The position numbers were made by a program, and so were the translations under genes. The notes under the pieces were generated by a model. That model saw only the letters and a program-made list of their open reading frames with translations, was not told the origin of the DNA and did no database searches. Below, one piece after another: positions 19,635 to 30,878 of a DNA stretch of 64,000 nucleotides. Where the stretch lies: positions 941 to 64,940 of the forward strand of contig JBILSO010000001.1 of assembly GCA_044372065.1 (NCBI GenBank). Reading direction: 5' to 3'. Origin of the DNA: Candidatus Planktophila sp. GTDB taxonomy: Bacteria; Actinomycetota; Actinomycetes; Nanopelagicales; Nanopelagicaceae. Numbering within the stretch: position 1 is the first letter of the stretch; every line of letters starts with the position of its first letter.

Positions 19635-21074
19635 TCAGCGATAGGCAGGAGCAACGCCACCAACAGCATCACCCATACGGTGCACACGCATTGCATTGGT
19701 AGAGCCTGGAATTCCGGGCGGTGAGCCAGCCACAATCATCACATTATCGCCAATAGTTGTGCGCTTACTCTCAAGAAGAAGCCCGTCTACCTGCTTCACC
19801 ATTTCATCAGTATGAGAAACCATTGGCGTGATCATCGGCTCAACGCCCCACGAAAGAGCGAGTCGGTTGTAGGTTCCGTGATCTGGAGTGAGTGCCAAAA
19901 TTGGAATAGGTGAGCGAAGGCGTGACATACGTCGAGCCGAATCTCCGCTTTGTGTAAAGGCCACGAGGAATTTGGCACCCACGATCGCGCCTACTTCAGT
20001 TGCTGCCTTTGTAATTGCACCACCCTTAGTGCGCGGTTCATGCTTGAGTGGGCGAATTCTTTCTAGTCCACCCTCTTCAGTCCTTTGAATAATGCGAGAC
20101 ATTGTCTGTACAGCTTCGATTGCAAATTCGCCCACACTAGTTTCCCCAGAGAGCATCAGTGCATCTGCGCCGTCTAGAACCGCGTTTGCACAGTCTGTCG
20201 CTTCTGCGCGAGTCGGACGTGAATTTGTAATCATTGAGTCAAGCATCTGTGTGGCAACAATGACGGGCTTGGCTGCATCTCGAGCTAACTCCACGCAACG
20301 CTTTTGAACTAGTGGTACATCTTCTATAGGAAGCTCTACACCGAGATCACCTCGTGCCACCATGATGCCATCGAAGGCGTCAACGATGCTCACGAGATTA
20401 TCAACTGCCTGCGGCTTCTCAATCTTTGCGATTACAGGAACTCGAATTCCCTCTTCATCCATGATGCGGTGAACATCTTTGATGTCATCAGCATTTCGGA
20501 CAAAAGAGAGGGCGATGAAATCTGCGCCTGCACGAAGTCCCCATCGGAGATCGTCCATATCTTTCTCAGAAAGCGCTGGCACAGAGACTGCAACTCCTGG
20601 AAGGTTTATCCCCTTGTTGTTACTGACAGCACCTGGCTCGATTACCTTAGTGATGACATCGTTTCCCTTAACTTCTGTCACTTCAACGGTAACTTTTCCA
20701 TCATCGATCAAAATACGATCGCCTGCTTTGCAATCTCCAGGCAAACCTTTATATGTAGTTCCTACTCGATCCTTTGTTCCTTCAACTTCATCAGTGGTAA
20801 TTGTGAAGATATCTCCCCGAGATAGGTCATGTGGACCGTCTTTAAATCGAGCTAATCGAATCTTTGGGCCTTGGAGGTCAACCAAAATTGCAATCGGCAC
20901 ACCAGCTTCAGCAGCAGCAGCGCGCACTTGATCTAGTCGGCTTTGATGTTCCTCGTAACCACCATGTGAAAGGTTAAGGCGAGCCATATTCATTCCAGCT
21001 GCGATAAGTTCTCGCACCTTTTCTGGTGATTCAACTGCAGGTCCAAGTGTGCAAACAATTTTCGCGCGGCGCAT
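19635..21074 (-). CDS. pyk: Pyruvate kinase
   Basis: RRAKIVCTLGPA, ARLNLSHG, DLQGPKIR, AKIEKP, MVARGDLGVE, ATQMLDSM. ATG 21074 preferred because TAAGGT (21081-21086) lies 6 nt upstream. Confidence 0.97.
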   Translation of the reverse strand: MRRAKIVCTLGPAVESPEKVRELIAAGMNMARLNLSHGGYEEHQSRLDQVRAAAAEAGVPIAILVDLQGPKIRLARFKDGPHDLSRGDIFTITTDEVEGTKDRVGTTYKGLPGDCKAGDRILIDDGKVTVEVTEVKGNDVITKVIEPGAVSNNKGINLPGVAVSVPALSEKDMDDLRWGLRAGADFIALSFVRNADDIKDVHRIMDEEGIRVPVIAKIEKPQAVDNLVSIVDAFDGIMVARGDLGVELPIEDVPLVQKRCVELARDAAKPVIVATQMLDSMITNSRPTRAEATDCANAVLDGADALMLSGETSVGEFAIEAVQTMSRIIQRTEEGGLERIRPLKHEPRTKGGAITKAATEVGAIVGAKFLVAFTQSGDSARRMSRLRSPIPILALTPDHGTYNRLALSWGVEPMITPMVSHTDEMVKQVDGLLLESKRTTIGDNVMIVAGSPPGIPGSTNAMRVHRMGDAVGGVAPAYR

Positions 21075-21144
21075 AGTCATACCTTACCTATCTTTATCGA
21101 TTACTAACGAGTTTGGATTGTGGTGAGTTGTTCGCTTTATTGGC

Positions 21145-22599
21145 TTAGACCATCAACGGCCGAGCAGTTGGTGCAATCGGTGCAGGAAGTTGAGTATCTC
21201 CCTCGAGATAGAGATCAACAGCAGCTGCTGCACTACGTCCTTCAGCGATAGCCCACACGATCAATGATTGACCACGTCCGGCATCTCCGGCGACAAATAC
21301 TCCGTCTGCTGTACTTTGGTAAGAATCATCGCGTTTAACATTGGTGCGATCATCGAGCTCAACTTCGAGTTGATCAAAGAGCGGGGTGCTCTCTGTCCCC
21401 GTAAAGCCCATGGCAAGGAAAGCAAAATCTGCTGGAATCTCACGCTCTGTTCCAGGAATTGGCTGGAATTTTCCATCAACCATCTGCGTCTCGACAAGTT
21501 TAAGTGCTTTGAGATTTCCGTTGCCGTCGCCAATAAATTCTTCTGTGCTGACAGAAAAGACTCGTTGATCAAGCTCTTCGTGCGCACTCGACACTCTGTA
21601 AATCATTGGGTACATAGGCCAAGGCTGTGATCCGGGACGCTCATCTGTAGGTCGTGGCATGATCTCAAGTTGGGTAACACTTGCAGCTCCTTGACGCACT
21701 GAAGTACCAAGACAATCTGCTCCGGTATCTCCACCGCCCAGGATCACGACATGTTTTCCTGCGACATTGATTTCGGGATTTGTTACTTCGTCAAGAGCTT
21801 GCTTATTTCCCCAAGGCAAAAACTCCATCGCTTGGTAGATACCTTTATTCTCGCGCCCCTTGATAGGAAGATCTCTCCATTGGGTCGCACCCAATGCGAG
21901 AACAACGGCATCGTATTTTTGCCGCAATTCAGATCCTGTGATGTCGACTCCAACATTTATGCCTGTACGAAAACGTGTGCCTTCCTTCTCCATCTGAGCG
22001 AGTCGGCGATCAATGATGTTTTTCTCCATCTTGAACTCAGGAATCCCGTAACGCAGAAGTCCTCCGATTCTATCCGCGCGTTCATAAACAACAACGGTAT
22101 GACCAGCACGAGTAAGTTGCTGCGCAGCTGCAAGTCCAGCAGGACCAGATCCAATCACGGCAACTGTCTTTCCGGTAAGGCGATCTGGTGCGAGTGGCTT
22201 AACATCCCCCGCTCCAAATGCTTCTTCAATGGTACGAAGTTCAACCTGCTTGATCGTGACAGCTTCGGCATTTATCGCGACTACGCATGCGGTCTCACAT
22301 GGCGCTGGGCAGAGACGACCAGTGAATTCTGGAAAGTTATTTGTCGCATGTAAACGTGCAATTGCCTCTGTTGTATCGCCTCGATAAATCAGGTCATTCC
22401 ATTCAGGAATCAAGTTACCCAGTGGGCATCCTGAGTGGCAGAAAGGAATGCCGCAATCCATGCAACGTCCTGCTTGCTTCTGCAGATGTTCCATGCTTTG
22501 TGGCTCGTAAACTTCGCGCCAATCTTTGATGCGCACATCTACTGGACGTCTCTTGGGCGTCTCACGTGGCGTTGTCAAAAATCCTTTTGGATCAGCCAT
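21145..22599 (-). CDS. gltD: Glutamate synthase small (beta) subunit
   Basis: [51 protein letters not shown]; start overlaps the gltB end. Confidence 0.97.
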   Translation of the reverse strand: MADPKGFLTTPRETPKRRPVDVRIKDWREVYEPQSMEHLQKQAGRCMDCGIPFCHSGCPLGNLIPEWNDLIYRGDTTEAIARLHATNNFPEFTGRLCPAPCETACVVAINAEAVTIKQVELRTIEEAFGAGDVKPLAPDRLTGKTVAVIGSGPAGLAAAQQLTRAGHTVVVYERADRIGGLLRYGIPEFKMEKNIIDRRLAQMEKEGTRFRTGINVGVDITGSELRQKYDAVVLALGATQWRDLPIKGRENKGIYQAMEFLPWGNKQALDEVTNPEINVAGKHVVILGGGDTGADCLGTSVRQGAASVTQLEIMPRPTDERPGSQPWPMYPMIYRVSSAHEELDQRVFSVSTEEFIGDGNGNLKALKLVETQMVDGKFQPIPGTEREIPADFAFLAMGFTGTESTPLFDQLEVELDDRTNVKRDDSYQSTADGVFVAGDAGRGQSLIVWAIAEGRSAAAAVDLYLEGDTQLPAPIAPTARPLMV

Positions 22600-25500
22600 T
22601 TGCTGCAACCTCCATGACGTATTGATCTACTGGAAGACCTTCACGAGTCGCCTTCTCCATCGCAGCAAGTACGCGTGCATAGTCGCGAGGCATGACAAGT
22701 GAGATTCGAGCTACTGAACTCTCCCAATCAAGAAGAAGATTGCCAGCAACTTGAGAATCTGTTTCGTTGAAGAATGAAGTCACAATGCCTTTGAGTATTT
22801 CCTTTTGGTCTGCCGGCACAGCAATGACATCGACCATCTCGGTATTAACTAGATCTGCATTGAGGTCGAGTACGAATGCACGACCACCGGACATGCCAGC
22901 AGCAAAGTTACGACCAGTACGGCCAAGAACAACAACCGTTCCACCCGTCATGTACTCGCACCCATGATCTCCAATGCCTTCGACAACAGCCGTTGCACCA
23001 GAGTTTCGAACACAGAAACGCTCACCTACTATGCCGCGTAAGAAGAGTTCTCCTGATGTTGCGCCATAACCAATGACATTTCCTGCAATGACATTCTCTT
23101 CTGATTCGAATGATGCCTTCTCGTCAGGTCGGACGATGATTCGGCCTCCGGATAATCCCTTGCCGACATAATCGTTGGAGTCTCCAAAGAGTTTGAGCGT
23201 TAGACCTGAAGGAATGAAAGCACCAAGTGATTGTCCAGCTGAACCACGAAGCGTCACGTGAACGGTATCTGCGGGAAGTCCAACTCCCCCAAAGTTGCGA
23301 GTGATCTCCGCACCGAGCATCGTGCCCACTGTGCGGTTTACGTTGCGCACCGTTGTTTCGATTGCGACTTTAGTCCCTGAGGTAAGTGCTATCTGTGCTT
23401 TTTCGATCAGTACGTTATCAAGAGCGTGTACAAGACCGTGATCCTGTGTCGTTGTTTGATAGAGCGAGCTTTCGACATCTGGACGAGCAAGTAATGGAGT
23501 TAGATCCAGCCCGCTCGTCTTCCAATGAGCAATTGCTCTGTGAGTATTGAGGTATTCAACCCGTCCAATTGCTTCTTGAAGGGTTCTAAACCCAAGAGAT
23601 GCCAAAATCTCACGAACTTCCTCTGCGATGTACTCGAAGAAAGTTTCTACAAACTCTGGCTTACCCGTAAATCTCTTTCGCAACTCTGGGTTCTGGGTTG
23701 CCACACCTACTGGACAGGTATCTAAGTGACAGACACGCATCATCACACAACCAGATACAACTAGCGGTGCGGTTGCGAAACCGTATTCCTCGGCACCCAA
23801 AAGTGCTGCAATTACTACATCTCGACCGGTCTTTAGCTGGCCATCGGTTTGAACCACGATTCGATCTCGAAGGCCGTTAAGCAGAAGTGTCTGTTGTGTT
23901 TCAGCTAAACCAAGTTCCCACGGTGCGCCTGCATGCTTCAGTGAAGTAAGCGGTGAAGCACCTGTTCCACCATCATGGCCTGAAATTAGAACAACATCGG
24001 CGTGCGCTTTTGATACTCCAGCCGCAACGGTTCCAACACCCACTTCAGCAACAAGTTTGACGTGAATGCGAGCATTCTTATTTGCATTCTTTAGATCATG
24101 AATCAACTGTGCAAGATCTTCAATTGAATAAATATCATGATGAGGTGGTGGTGAAATTAGCCCGACGCCAGGAGTTGAATACCGAACCGAAGCGATCCAT
24201 GGATAGACCTTGTTACCAGGAAGCTGTCCGCCTTCACCAGGCTTAGCACCTTGCGCAACCTTGATTTGAATATCATCTGCATTGACCAAGTACTCACTTG
24301 TCACGCCAAATCGACCAGATGCTACTTGCTTGATTGAACTGCGCTTTGAATCTCCATTAGCTTCAGGTGTAAATCGAGAAGGATCTTCTCCGCCTTCACC
24401 TGTATTCGATTTAGCGCCAAGGCGATTCATAGCAATAGCTAGAGTTTCATGGGCTTCTTGCGAGATAGAGCCGTATGACATCGCGCCGGTAGAGAAACGT
24501 TTGACGATACTGGCGATAGATTCGACCTCATCGACTGAGATCGGTGCACGCGTGGCTGTATCGAATTCAAAGAGGCCACGCAGAGTCATCAGCGCTTTGC
24601 TCTGGTCATCGACAGCTTTTGTGTATCGCTTGAAGACGTCATATCGCTTTGAACGAGTTGCATGCTGCAAGGTAAAGACTGTCTCAGGATTGAATAGATG
24701 AGGCTCTCCATCGCGGCGCCATTGATATTCGCCTCCAATAGGAAGTCGTTTCGTGCCAGGCACTTCTCCCCCAGGTGGGTATGCGATGTGGTGGCGTTTA
24801 ATTGTCTCTTCTGCGATGACATCAAGATCAACTCCGCCAAGGCGGGAGGTTGTTCCTACAAAGAATTCATCGACTACATCTTGAGCGATGCCAATAGCTT
24901 CAAACACTTGCGCACCCGTGTAAGAAGCGATCGTAGAGATTCCCATCTTTGACATCACTTTAAGAACACCCTTACCCAAGGCCTTAATGATGTTATGAAC
25001 GGCTTTCTCGGGAGTGATTCCTGTGATTACACCTTGGATAACAAGATCTTCTGCGCTCTCCATCGCAAGATATGGATTCACCGCTGCTGCGCCATAACCA
25101 ATAAGGAGAGCGACATGATGGACTTCACGTACATCACCAGCTTCGACAACCAAACCAACTTTGGTGCGAGTCTTTTGGCGAATGAGGTGATGGTGCACGG
25201 CGGCGGTAAGTAAAAGAGATGGAATAGGCGTGTCTTCGGCATCACCATTTCGATCTGAAAGAACGATAATGCGAGCACCATCGGTAATTGCCTGGCTGAC
25301 TTCTTCCTTAATCTCCTCAAGTCGATTACGTAGCGTGTTTCCATCGCCGGAGACAGGAAAGAGCCCGCGCACTACATATGACTGTAGGTGTGAATAATCC
25401 TCATCTGCATTAACGTGAATGATTTTTGCGAGTTCGTCATTATCAATAACCGGAAATGGCAGAAGTATTTGCCGACATGATTGAGGTCCTGGGTCGAGCA

Positions 25501-27109
25501 GATTGTGCTCAGGTCCGATTGATCCACCGAGACTTGTCACGATCTCTTCACGAATTGCATCAAGTGGAGGATTTGTAACTTGAGCAAAGAGTTGAGTGAA
25601 GTAATCAAAGAGAACTCTAGGCTTATTTGAAAGGGCCGCGATCGGAGTATCCGTTCCCATGGAACCAAGAGCTTCAGCGCCGTTCTTTGCCATCGGAGTA
25701 ATGATGATGCGAAGTTCTTCTTCTGTATATCCAAATGCACGTTGGCGACGGACTACAGATGAATGCGGGTAAATGATGTGTTCACGAGCTGGAAGATCAG
25801 AGAGCTTGATAACTCCATCCTGCACCCACTTTCCATAAGGTGCAGCATCAGCTAAAGAATCCTTGATCTCATCGTCTTCGATAATGCGCCCTGCTTGAAT
25901 ATCGACAAGAAACATCTTTCCTGGCTGCAGGCGACCCTTACGAGCAATATTCTCTGCAGGAAAATCTAGAACTCCAGCTTCTGATGCAAGAACAACCATT
26001 CCATCGCGAGTAACCCAGAATCGTGATGGACGCAGACCATTTCGATCCAAAACAGCTCCCACTTGATTTCCATCAGTAAATGTCACACACGCTGGTCCAT
26101 CCCAAGGTTCCATGAGTGAAGAATGGAAAGCGTAAAAGTCACGTCGCTTCCGCGACATTGTTGCGTGGTTTTCCCAGGCTTCGGGAATCATCATCAAGAC
26201 TGCATGTGGAAGAGAGCGACCGCCGAGATAGAGAAGTTCAAGGACTTCATCAAAGGATGCGGAGTCACTGCCTGACATTTCTACAATTGGAAAGAGACGT
26301 GAGATATCTCCGGGAATGAGATCACTTTCAAGCAGCGCTTCGCGAGCACGCATCCAATTGCGATTTCCCTTGACTGTATTGATTTCACCGTTGTGTGCGA
26401 TGAATCGATATGGGTGAGCGAGTGGCCACGATGGGAATGTATTGGTGGAAAAACGTGAATGAACAAGAGCTAACGGAGAAACCACTCTCTCATCACTGAG
26501 ATCAGGGAAGAATTCTTCGAGTTGTCCGGTTGTTAACATTCCCTTGTACACAATTGTCTGCGAAGAAAAGGAAGGGAAATAGATTTCGCCAGCGTGCTCG
26601 GCTTGTTTGCGTAAAGCAAAAGCCAATCTATCGAGAGCAATTCCACTTTCGCCATTGCCGCCTTTAATAAAGAGTTGTTTAAAGATAGGCATGACAGATT
26701 GCGCAGTTTTTCCAACTGATATTGGATTGGTAGGCAGGTCTCGCCAACCAATGATTTCCAGTCCTTCTTGATTTGCAAGAGTTTGGATCAAAGTGGTTGG
26801 ATCAAATCCAGGTTGAATGAATGCGATGCCTGTTGCATAACTTCCTTTTACGGGAAGATCAAAGCCTGTGATTGCGCGATAAAAAGCATCTGGCACGCGG
26901 ATGAGAATTCCAGCACCGTCTCCGCTATCTGGTTCAGCCCCCGCAGCACCACGATGATCGAGATTGCGAAGCGCGGTAAGAGCTTGCGCAACAATTTCGT
27001 GTGTCGCAACTTTATTGAGAGTGGCGACCATCGCAACGCCGCAAGCATCATGCTCATTGGCAGGGTTGTACAACCCTTGCGCTGCTGGAAATGTTGATGG
27101 AAGTGCCAT
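22592..27109 (-). CDS. gltB: Glutamate synthase large (alpha) subunit
   Basis: EHDACGV Ntn cysteine, [48 protein letters not shown]-terminal domain. Confidence 0.98.
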   Translation of the reverse strand: MALPSTFPAAQGLYNPANEHDACGVAMVATLNKVATHEIVAQALTALRNLDHRGAAGAEPDSGDGAGILIRVPDAFYRAITGFDLPVKGSYATGIAFIQPGFDPTTLIQTLANQEGLEIIGWRDLPTNPISVGKTAQSVMPIFKQLFIKGGNGESGIALDRLAFALRKQAEHAGEIYFPSFSSQTIVYKGMLTTGQLEEFFPDLSDERVVSPLALVHSRFSTNTFPSWPLAHPYRFIAHNGEINTVKGNRNWMRAREALLESDLIPGDISRLFPIVEMSGSDSASFDEVLELLYLGGRSLPHAVLMMIPEAWENHATMSRKRRDFYAFHSSLMEPWDGPACVTFTDGNQVGAVLDRNGLRPSRFWVTRDGMVVLASEAGVLDFPAENIARKGRLQPGKMFLVDIQAGRIIEDDEIKDSLADAAPYGKWVQDGVIKLSDLPAREHIIYPHSSVVRRQRAFGYTEEELRIIITPMAKNGAEALGSMGTDTPIAALSNKPRVLFDYFTQLFAQVTNPPLDAIREEIVTSLGGSIGPEHNLLDPGPQSCRQILLPFPVIDNDELAKIIHVNADEDYSHLQSYVVRGLFPVSGDGNTLRNRLEEIKEEVSQAITDGARIIVLSDRNGDAEDTPIPSLLLTAAVHHHLIRQKTRTKVGLVVEAGDVREVHHVALLIGYGAAAVNPYLAMESAEDLVIQGVITGITPEKAVHNIIKALGKGVLKVMSKMGISTIASYTGAQVFEAIGIAQDVVDEFFVGTTSRLGGVDLDVIAEETIKRHHIAYPPGGEVPGTKRLPIGGEYQWRRDGEPHLFNPETVFTLQHATRSKRYDVFKRYTKAVDDQSKALMTLRGLFEFDTATRAPISVDEVESIASIVKRFSTGAMSYGSISQEAHETLAIAMNRLGAKSNTGEGGEDPSRFTPEANGDSKRSSIKQVASGRFGVTSEYLVNADDIQIKVAQGAKPGEGGQLPGNKVYPWIASVRYSTPGVGLISPPPHHDIYSIEDLAQLIHDLKNANKNARIHVKLVAEVGVGTVAAGVSKAHADVVLISGHDGGTGASPLTSLKHAGAPWELGLAETQQTLLLNGLRDRIVVQTDGQLKTGRDVVIAALLGAEEYGFATAPLVVSGCVMMRVCHLDTCPVGVATQNPELRKRFTGKPEFVETFFEYIAEEVREILASLGFRTLQEAIGRVEYLNTHRAIAHWKTSGLDLTPLLARPDVESSLYQTTTQDHGLVHALDNVLIEKAQIALTSGTKVAIETTVRNVNRTVGTMLGAEITRNFGGVGLPADTVHVTLRGSAGQSLGAFIPSGLTLKLFGDSNDYVGKGLSGGRIIVRPDEKASFESEENVIAGNVIGYGATSGELFLRGIVGERFCVRNSGATAVVEGIGDHGCEYMTGGTVVVLGRTGRNFAAGMSGGRAFVLDLNADLVNTEMVDVIAVPADQKEILKGIVTSFFNETDSQVAGNLLLDWESSVARISLVMPRDYARVLAAMEKATREGLPVDQYVMEVAANG

Positions 27110-27181
27110 TGAAGGAGATCTCCTGTTGTCGATTACCGTTTGTACTCAACGGGACAACACTGACCCGCGCTTAGGGTAGCA
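27110..27181 (-). promoter_or_regulatory. gltB promoter and structured 5' leader
   Basis: Extended -10 TG-C-TACCCT (hexamer at 27173-27178). The leader has TGTTGTC/GACAACA and CCGTT/AACGG stems ending at the AGGAG SD, plus palindrome AGGAGATCTCCT (27113-27124). Confidence 0.55.
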
Positions 27182-27225
27182 AGTGCCAGCCCAGAGCGAA
27201 AGATAAAAATGGTGATCTAGGGCAA

Positions 27226-27939
27226 CTAGCCCAAATTCACGTGCAGCAGACGACCAATTCCAGCGGTCACAGCCATGCCTAAGGCGCCGCCGATCATGAC
27301 ACGTACGGTCGGTCCGAAGACAGTCTTGCCCGCTGTCTTGGCACTTAAAATCCCAGTGAAAAGAAGTCCAACCAACGCAAAGCCGACGATGCTCAGCGCA
27401 ACAGTTCCCGGCGTTGGTGCGAAAGCTCCAGCAAATGGAATCAATCCGCCTGCGGTAAAACTTGCAGCCGATGCAAGAGCGGCCTGTAACGGGCGTGCTT
27501 TATTCTGCGGAGTTTGTCCAAGCTCATCACGTAAATGTGCTTCAAGTGGATCACGAGCATGCATCTGACGTGCAACTTCTTTCGCGAGTTCTGGAGTGAG
27601 GCCTCGTTCAATATAAATCTGTGCCAACTCCAACAACTCACCATCAGGATCGACAGCTAAATGTTCAATCTCTAACTGTCTATCAGAATCTTCAACGTCA
27701 TTTTGTGAGCGCACTGAAACGTATTCACCAACAGCCATCGACATGGCACCCGCTGCAATTGCTGCAACTCCTGCAGTAATAAGAAATTTATCGTTTCCTG
27801 GATCGGCTGCTGTAACACCGATCATGAGGCTTGCAGTTGAAACTAATCCATCATTGGCTCCCAGAACTGCAGCACGCAACCAGCCCGCGCGATGTGCGCG
27901 ATGCTGGCGATTGCGCAGATAGATCGCTTCAAGACTCAT
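27226..27939 (-). CDS. VIT1/CCC1 family Fe/Mn transporter
   Basis: WLRAAVLGANDGLVS, AGAMSMAVGEYVSVRSQ, HLRDELG, PLQAALASAASF. Confidence 0.93.
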   Translation of the reverse strand: MSLEAIYLRNRQHRAHRAGWLRAAVLGANDGLVSTASLMIGVTAADPGNDKFLITAGVAAIAAGAMSMAVGEYVSVRSQNDVEDSDRQLEIEHLAVDPDGELLELAQIYIERGLTPELAKEVARQMHARDPLEAHLRDELGQTPQNKARPLQAALASAASFTAGGLIPFAGAFAPTPGTVALSIVGFALVGLLFTGILSAKTAGKTVFGPTVRVMIGGALGMAVTAGIGRLLHVNLG

Positions 27940-27948
27940 GAGTTAATC

Positions 27949-28776
27949 CTATCCGAGGCTCTTTGATTGTTGCCTGATTCGCAAGAAGTAAGCCGTCGCA
28001 ATCGCCCCGATGACGATGCTTACCCACTCATTTTGACGTAATCCGAAGAGGAGATTGGCAGAATCAATGCGAATACTCTCAATGAAGAAGCGACCGAGGC
28101 AGTATGAAGCGATATAAGCTGCAAAAGTTTGTCCGGGAAGAAGTTTCTTGCGAAGGAGAATCAAGGTGAGAGCAACTAGTGAGCACCAAATTGCTTCATA
28201 AAGAAATGTCGGATGAAACGTTTCAAATGTTCGCAGATCCGATGGCCTTTTAAGGAGCGGAACTTCTAGCGCCCACCACGCATCAAGAGGTCTTCCGAAG
28301 AGCTCAACGTTAAACCAATTTCCAAAGCGCCCAATCGCCTGTGCAAGCAAAATTCCAGGAGCTAGCGCATCAAGAAAAACACGGAAGGGAGGTAGCGAAA
28401 TATCTGTGCGCCGGTTTCCCACTCGTCGATATCCCCAGTACGCACCAAGGGCACCTAGAGAGATCGCACCCCAGATTCCAAGTCCGCCTTTCCAAATTGC
28501 AAAAACATCTAGCGGTGAACCAGAACTACCGAAAAAATCATTCGGTGATGAGAGCACGTGATAAATCCGGCCACCGATAATTCCTGATGGCACTGCAAAG
28601 ATTGCAACGTCCGAGACGACAGTAACCAAAGCTGGATCATGGGCGCGCAATCGCTTATCCCCCAACCAAATGGCAACTGCAATTCCTGCGATGATGCAGA
28701 GCGCGTAGAAATGAAAGGTCAGCGGCCCCACCTCAAAAGAGGATTGAGATGGGGACGGTATGTAGTGTGTAAACAT
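27949..28776 (-). CDS. lgt: Prolipoprotein diacylglyceryl transferase
   Basis: YIPSPS, GIIGGRIYHV, GGLGIWGA, AQAIGRFGNWFN, HPTFLYE. Start probably ATG 28776 rather than 28806. Confidence 0.96.
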   Translation of the reverse strand: MFTHYIPSPSQSSFEVGPLTFHFYALCIIAGIAVAIWLGDKRLRAHDPALVTVVSDVAIFAVPSGIIGGRIYHVLSSPNDFFGSSGSPLDVFAIWKGGLGIWGAISLGALGAYWGYRRVGNRRTDISLPPFRVFLDALAPGILLAQAIGRFGNWFNVELFGRPLDAWWALEVPLLKRPSDLRTFETFHPTFLYEAIWCSLVALTLILLRKKLLPGQTFAAYIASYCLGRFFIESIRIDSANLLFGLRQNEWVSIVIGAIATAYFLRIRQQSKSLG

Positions 28777-28817
28777 CTGAGTACCCAAGTCTAAGTTCTG
28801 ATGCAAGGGCTCAGAAA

Positions 28818-29561
28818 TTACTTAGCTGCGGCCTCAACTGCAGCCTTGAACTCGTTGAGATCAAAACCTGGTGATTGACGCTCCCACAGCTTGCCGTTGA
28901 TGAGGGCTGTAGGCGTTCCACGAACTCCGTAACGAGTCATAGATTCAGTTGCTGCGACAACATTTACAAGCTTTGACTTATTGTTTACACAGTTTGCAAA
29001 GGTAGATGTGGTGATTCCAACTTTCTTACCGATTGTGATCAGGTTCTCTGAGTTAAGGAATCCGGAGTTTTCAACCTGAGATTGGACATCCATAAGCGCT
29101 TTATGAAAATCAAGGAATTTATCTTCATCTACTGCACAATAAGCAGCGTTAGAGGCGGCGATTGATTCATCATCTTTAGTTCCATTACCGAGGAATGAGA
29201 GTGGATGGTAAGTAACTTGCGCCTTCTTCTCTGTAATCAATGAAGTGAGATACCCACCAATTGGTTCTTCAAACAATTTACACACTGGACACTGAAAGTC
29301 TTCAAAGATATCAATCTTTAGTGGAAGCCCTTGATTGAAGACAATCCCATCACCTTCTGCAGAATCAACTATCGCTGGTACCGGTCCAAGAGGTTGAAAG
29401 GAATCAAGAGCAACAAAGGAGGCATTCTTAGCCTTGTTCTCACTGGTCAAGCTGAAGAAAGCACCAACCACAACAACAAGTGTCACCATTCCGATGACAA
29501 GCCAGCGAGTAAATGGATCTCCGCCTTGTGACTTCACTGAATTCTTCTTTGGCTTACTCAT
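28818..29561 (-). CDS. Membrane-anchored DsbA-family thiol-disulfide oxidoreductase (MdbA-like)
   Basis: One N-terminal TM segment, FEDFQCPVCKLFE active site, second Cys pair (AAYCA...FANCV), cis-Pro loop GTPT. Confidence 0.9.
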   Translation of the reverse strand: MSKPKKNSVKSQGGDPFTRWLVIGMVTLVVVVGAFFSLTSENKAKNASFVALDSFQPLGPVPAIVDSAEGDGIVFNQGLPLKIDIFEDFQCPVCKLFEEPIGGYLTSLITEKKAQVTYHPLSFLGNGTKDDESIAASNAAYCAVDEDKFLDFHKALMDVQSQVENSGFLNSENLITIGKKVGITTSTFANCVNNKSKLVNVVAATESMTRYGVRGTPTALINGKLWERQSPGFDLNEFKAAVEAAAK

Positions 29562-30070
29562 TCCTGGTCCTCACTAGCTTGGGTAGTTGTTTCGGGCTTC
29601 TTATCAAGAGAAAGTTTTCCATAAGGGTACTTGAAGATGTAGAGACACATACCCACAAACGCTAAGTCACGGACAATAGCAATTGCATAGTCGATACGAG
29701 CCTCGGTTGCCTGAGAAGGGTCAAGGGCTCCTCCGCCTCCTAGGCAGCCACAGTCAATGAGCATCCCACGCGCCCAGACGGAGGCGATCGCTCCAGCAAA
29801 CATCAACATGAGAAGTGCACTGGCGATAGCCGCGGGACGAATGAAGATTCCGAGAATGAGGAAGATTGCGATGGCGACTTCAAACCAAGGCAAAATATAT
29901 CCCGCTAGGTGTGCAAGATCAGTTGGAAGAATTTTATAGGCAGCGATTGCGTTAGCAGATGATGCTGGATCGAGTGCTTTAACTCCACCTGCATAAAGCA
30001 GGAATGCACCAAAGCCAAATCGGAAGATGGTTGTGATCCACTCTTGCTTTGCAATAAGAAAATTCTTCAT
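29558..30070 (-). CDS. MauE/DoxX-family redox-associated membrane protein
   Basis: Four hydrophobic helices, AGGVKALDP, LPWFEV, ARGMLIDCGCLGGGG, IVRDL. Confidence 0.88.
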   Translation of the reverse strand: MKNFLIAKQEWITTIFRFGFGAFLLYAGGVKALDPASSANAIAAYKILPTDLAHLAGYILPWFEVAIAIFLILGIFIRPAAIASALLMLMFAGAIASVWARGMLIDCGCLGGGGALDPSQATEARIDYAIAIVRDLAFVGMCLYIFKYPYGKLSLDKKPETTTQASEDQE

Positions 30071-30876
30071 CGTCCCTCACGAACTCCTAACGCCAACTCT
30101 TGTGCTAACTCTTTAACTGCTCGTAAACCCGTTGCCTCATCAGGTGCATCAAGAAGTGCGTTGATGAAGGCTGACCCCACAATAACTCCATCGGCATAAG
30201 CTGCAACCGATCTCGCCTGCTCACGGTTTGAAACTCCGAGACCAACACTCACAGGTATATCAGTGGCCTCCCGAACTCGTGCAACCAAAGCTGCAGCAGA
30301 GGATGAAACGCTCGTTCTTGTACCGGTGACTCCCATCATGCTCGCCGCATATACAAAACCACCGCATTCACTTGTAACAACTGGAAGTCTTGAATCCGAA
30401 GTGCTTGGCGCTACTACGTAGATCCGATTGATTTTCGAGGCATCAGTGGCGGCGATCCATCCTTGCGATTCCTCAACTGTGAGGTCTGGGGTAATAACAC
30501 CTGATCCACCGTGATCGGCTATCGCCTGTGCGAATTTACCAACGCCGTAACGCTCGATTGGGTTCCAATACGTCATTACAACAGCGGCAACTCCGTGATC
30601 ATGTGCGCACTGCAGTGATTCAAAAACTTCTTTGGCTCCGGTTCCTTGGCTCAATGATTGCACCGCAGCTGCTTGAATTGTCGGACCGTCCATGACGGGA
30701 TCGCTATATGGAAATCCAATTTCAATAGCGTCCACACCGGCTTCAGCGAATGCTGCGATGACTTTCTTGCAACCTTCGTGGCTTGGGAAACCGGCAGGTA
30801 TGTAAGCAATCAGTGCAGCGCGATTTTCGCTCTTTGCCTTCGCCAAGACTCTATCGAGAGGGGTATCCAGAACCAT
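30067..30876 (-). CDS. trpA: Tryptophan synthase alpha chain
   Basis: IEIGFPYSDPVMDGPTIQ, MTYWNP, GVTG, ADGVIVGSA. Confidence 0.97.
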   Translation of the reverse strand: MVLDTPLDRVLAKAKSENRAALIAYIPAGFPSHEGCKKVIAAFAEAGVDAIEIGFPYSDPVMDGPTIQAAAVQSLSQGTGAKEVFESLQCAHDHGVAAVVMTYWNPIERYGVGKFAQAIADHGGSGVITPDLTVEESQGWIAATDASKINRIYVVAPSTSDSRLPVVTSECGGFVYAASMMGVTGTRTSVSSSAAALVARVREATDIPVSVGLGVSNREQARSVAAYADGVIVGSAFINALLDAPDEATGLRAVKELAQELALGVREGR

Positions 30877-30878
30877 TT

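Noticed and set aside
21751-22353. 200-aa plus-strand ORF and the many other 60-170 aa overlapping ORFs
   Set aside because: They lie antisense or out of frame within well-conserved genes and have no recognisable motifs or start signals.
29558-30070. Methylamine utilisation, inferred from the MauE-like gene
   Set aside because: No mauA, mauB or mauG in the window; the family name does not imply the pathway.
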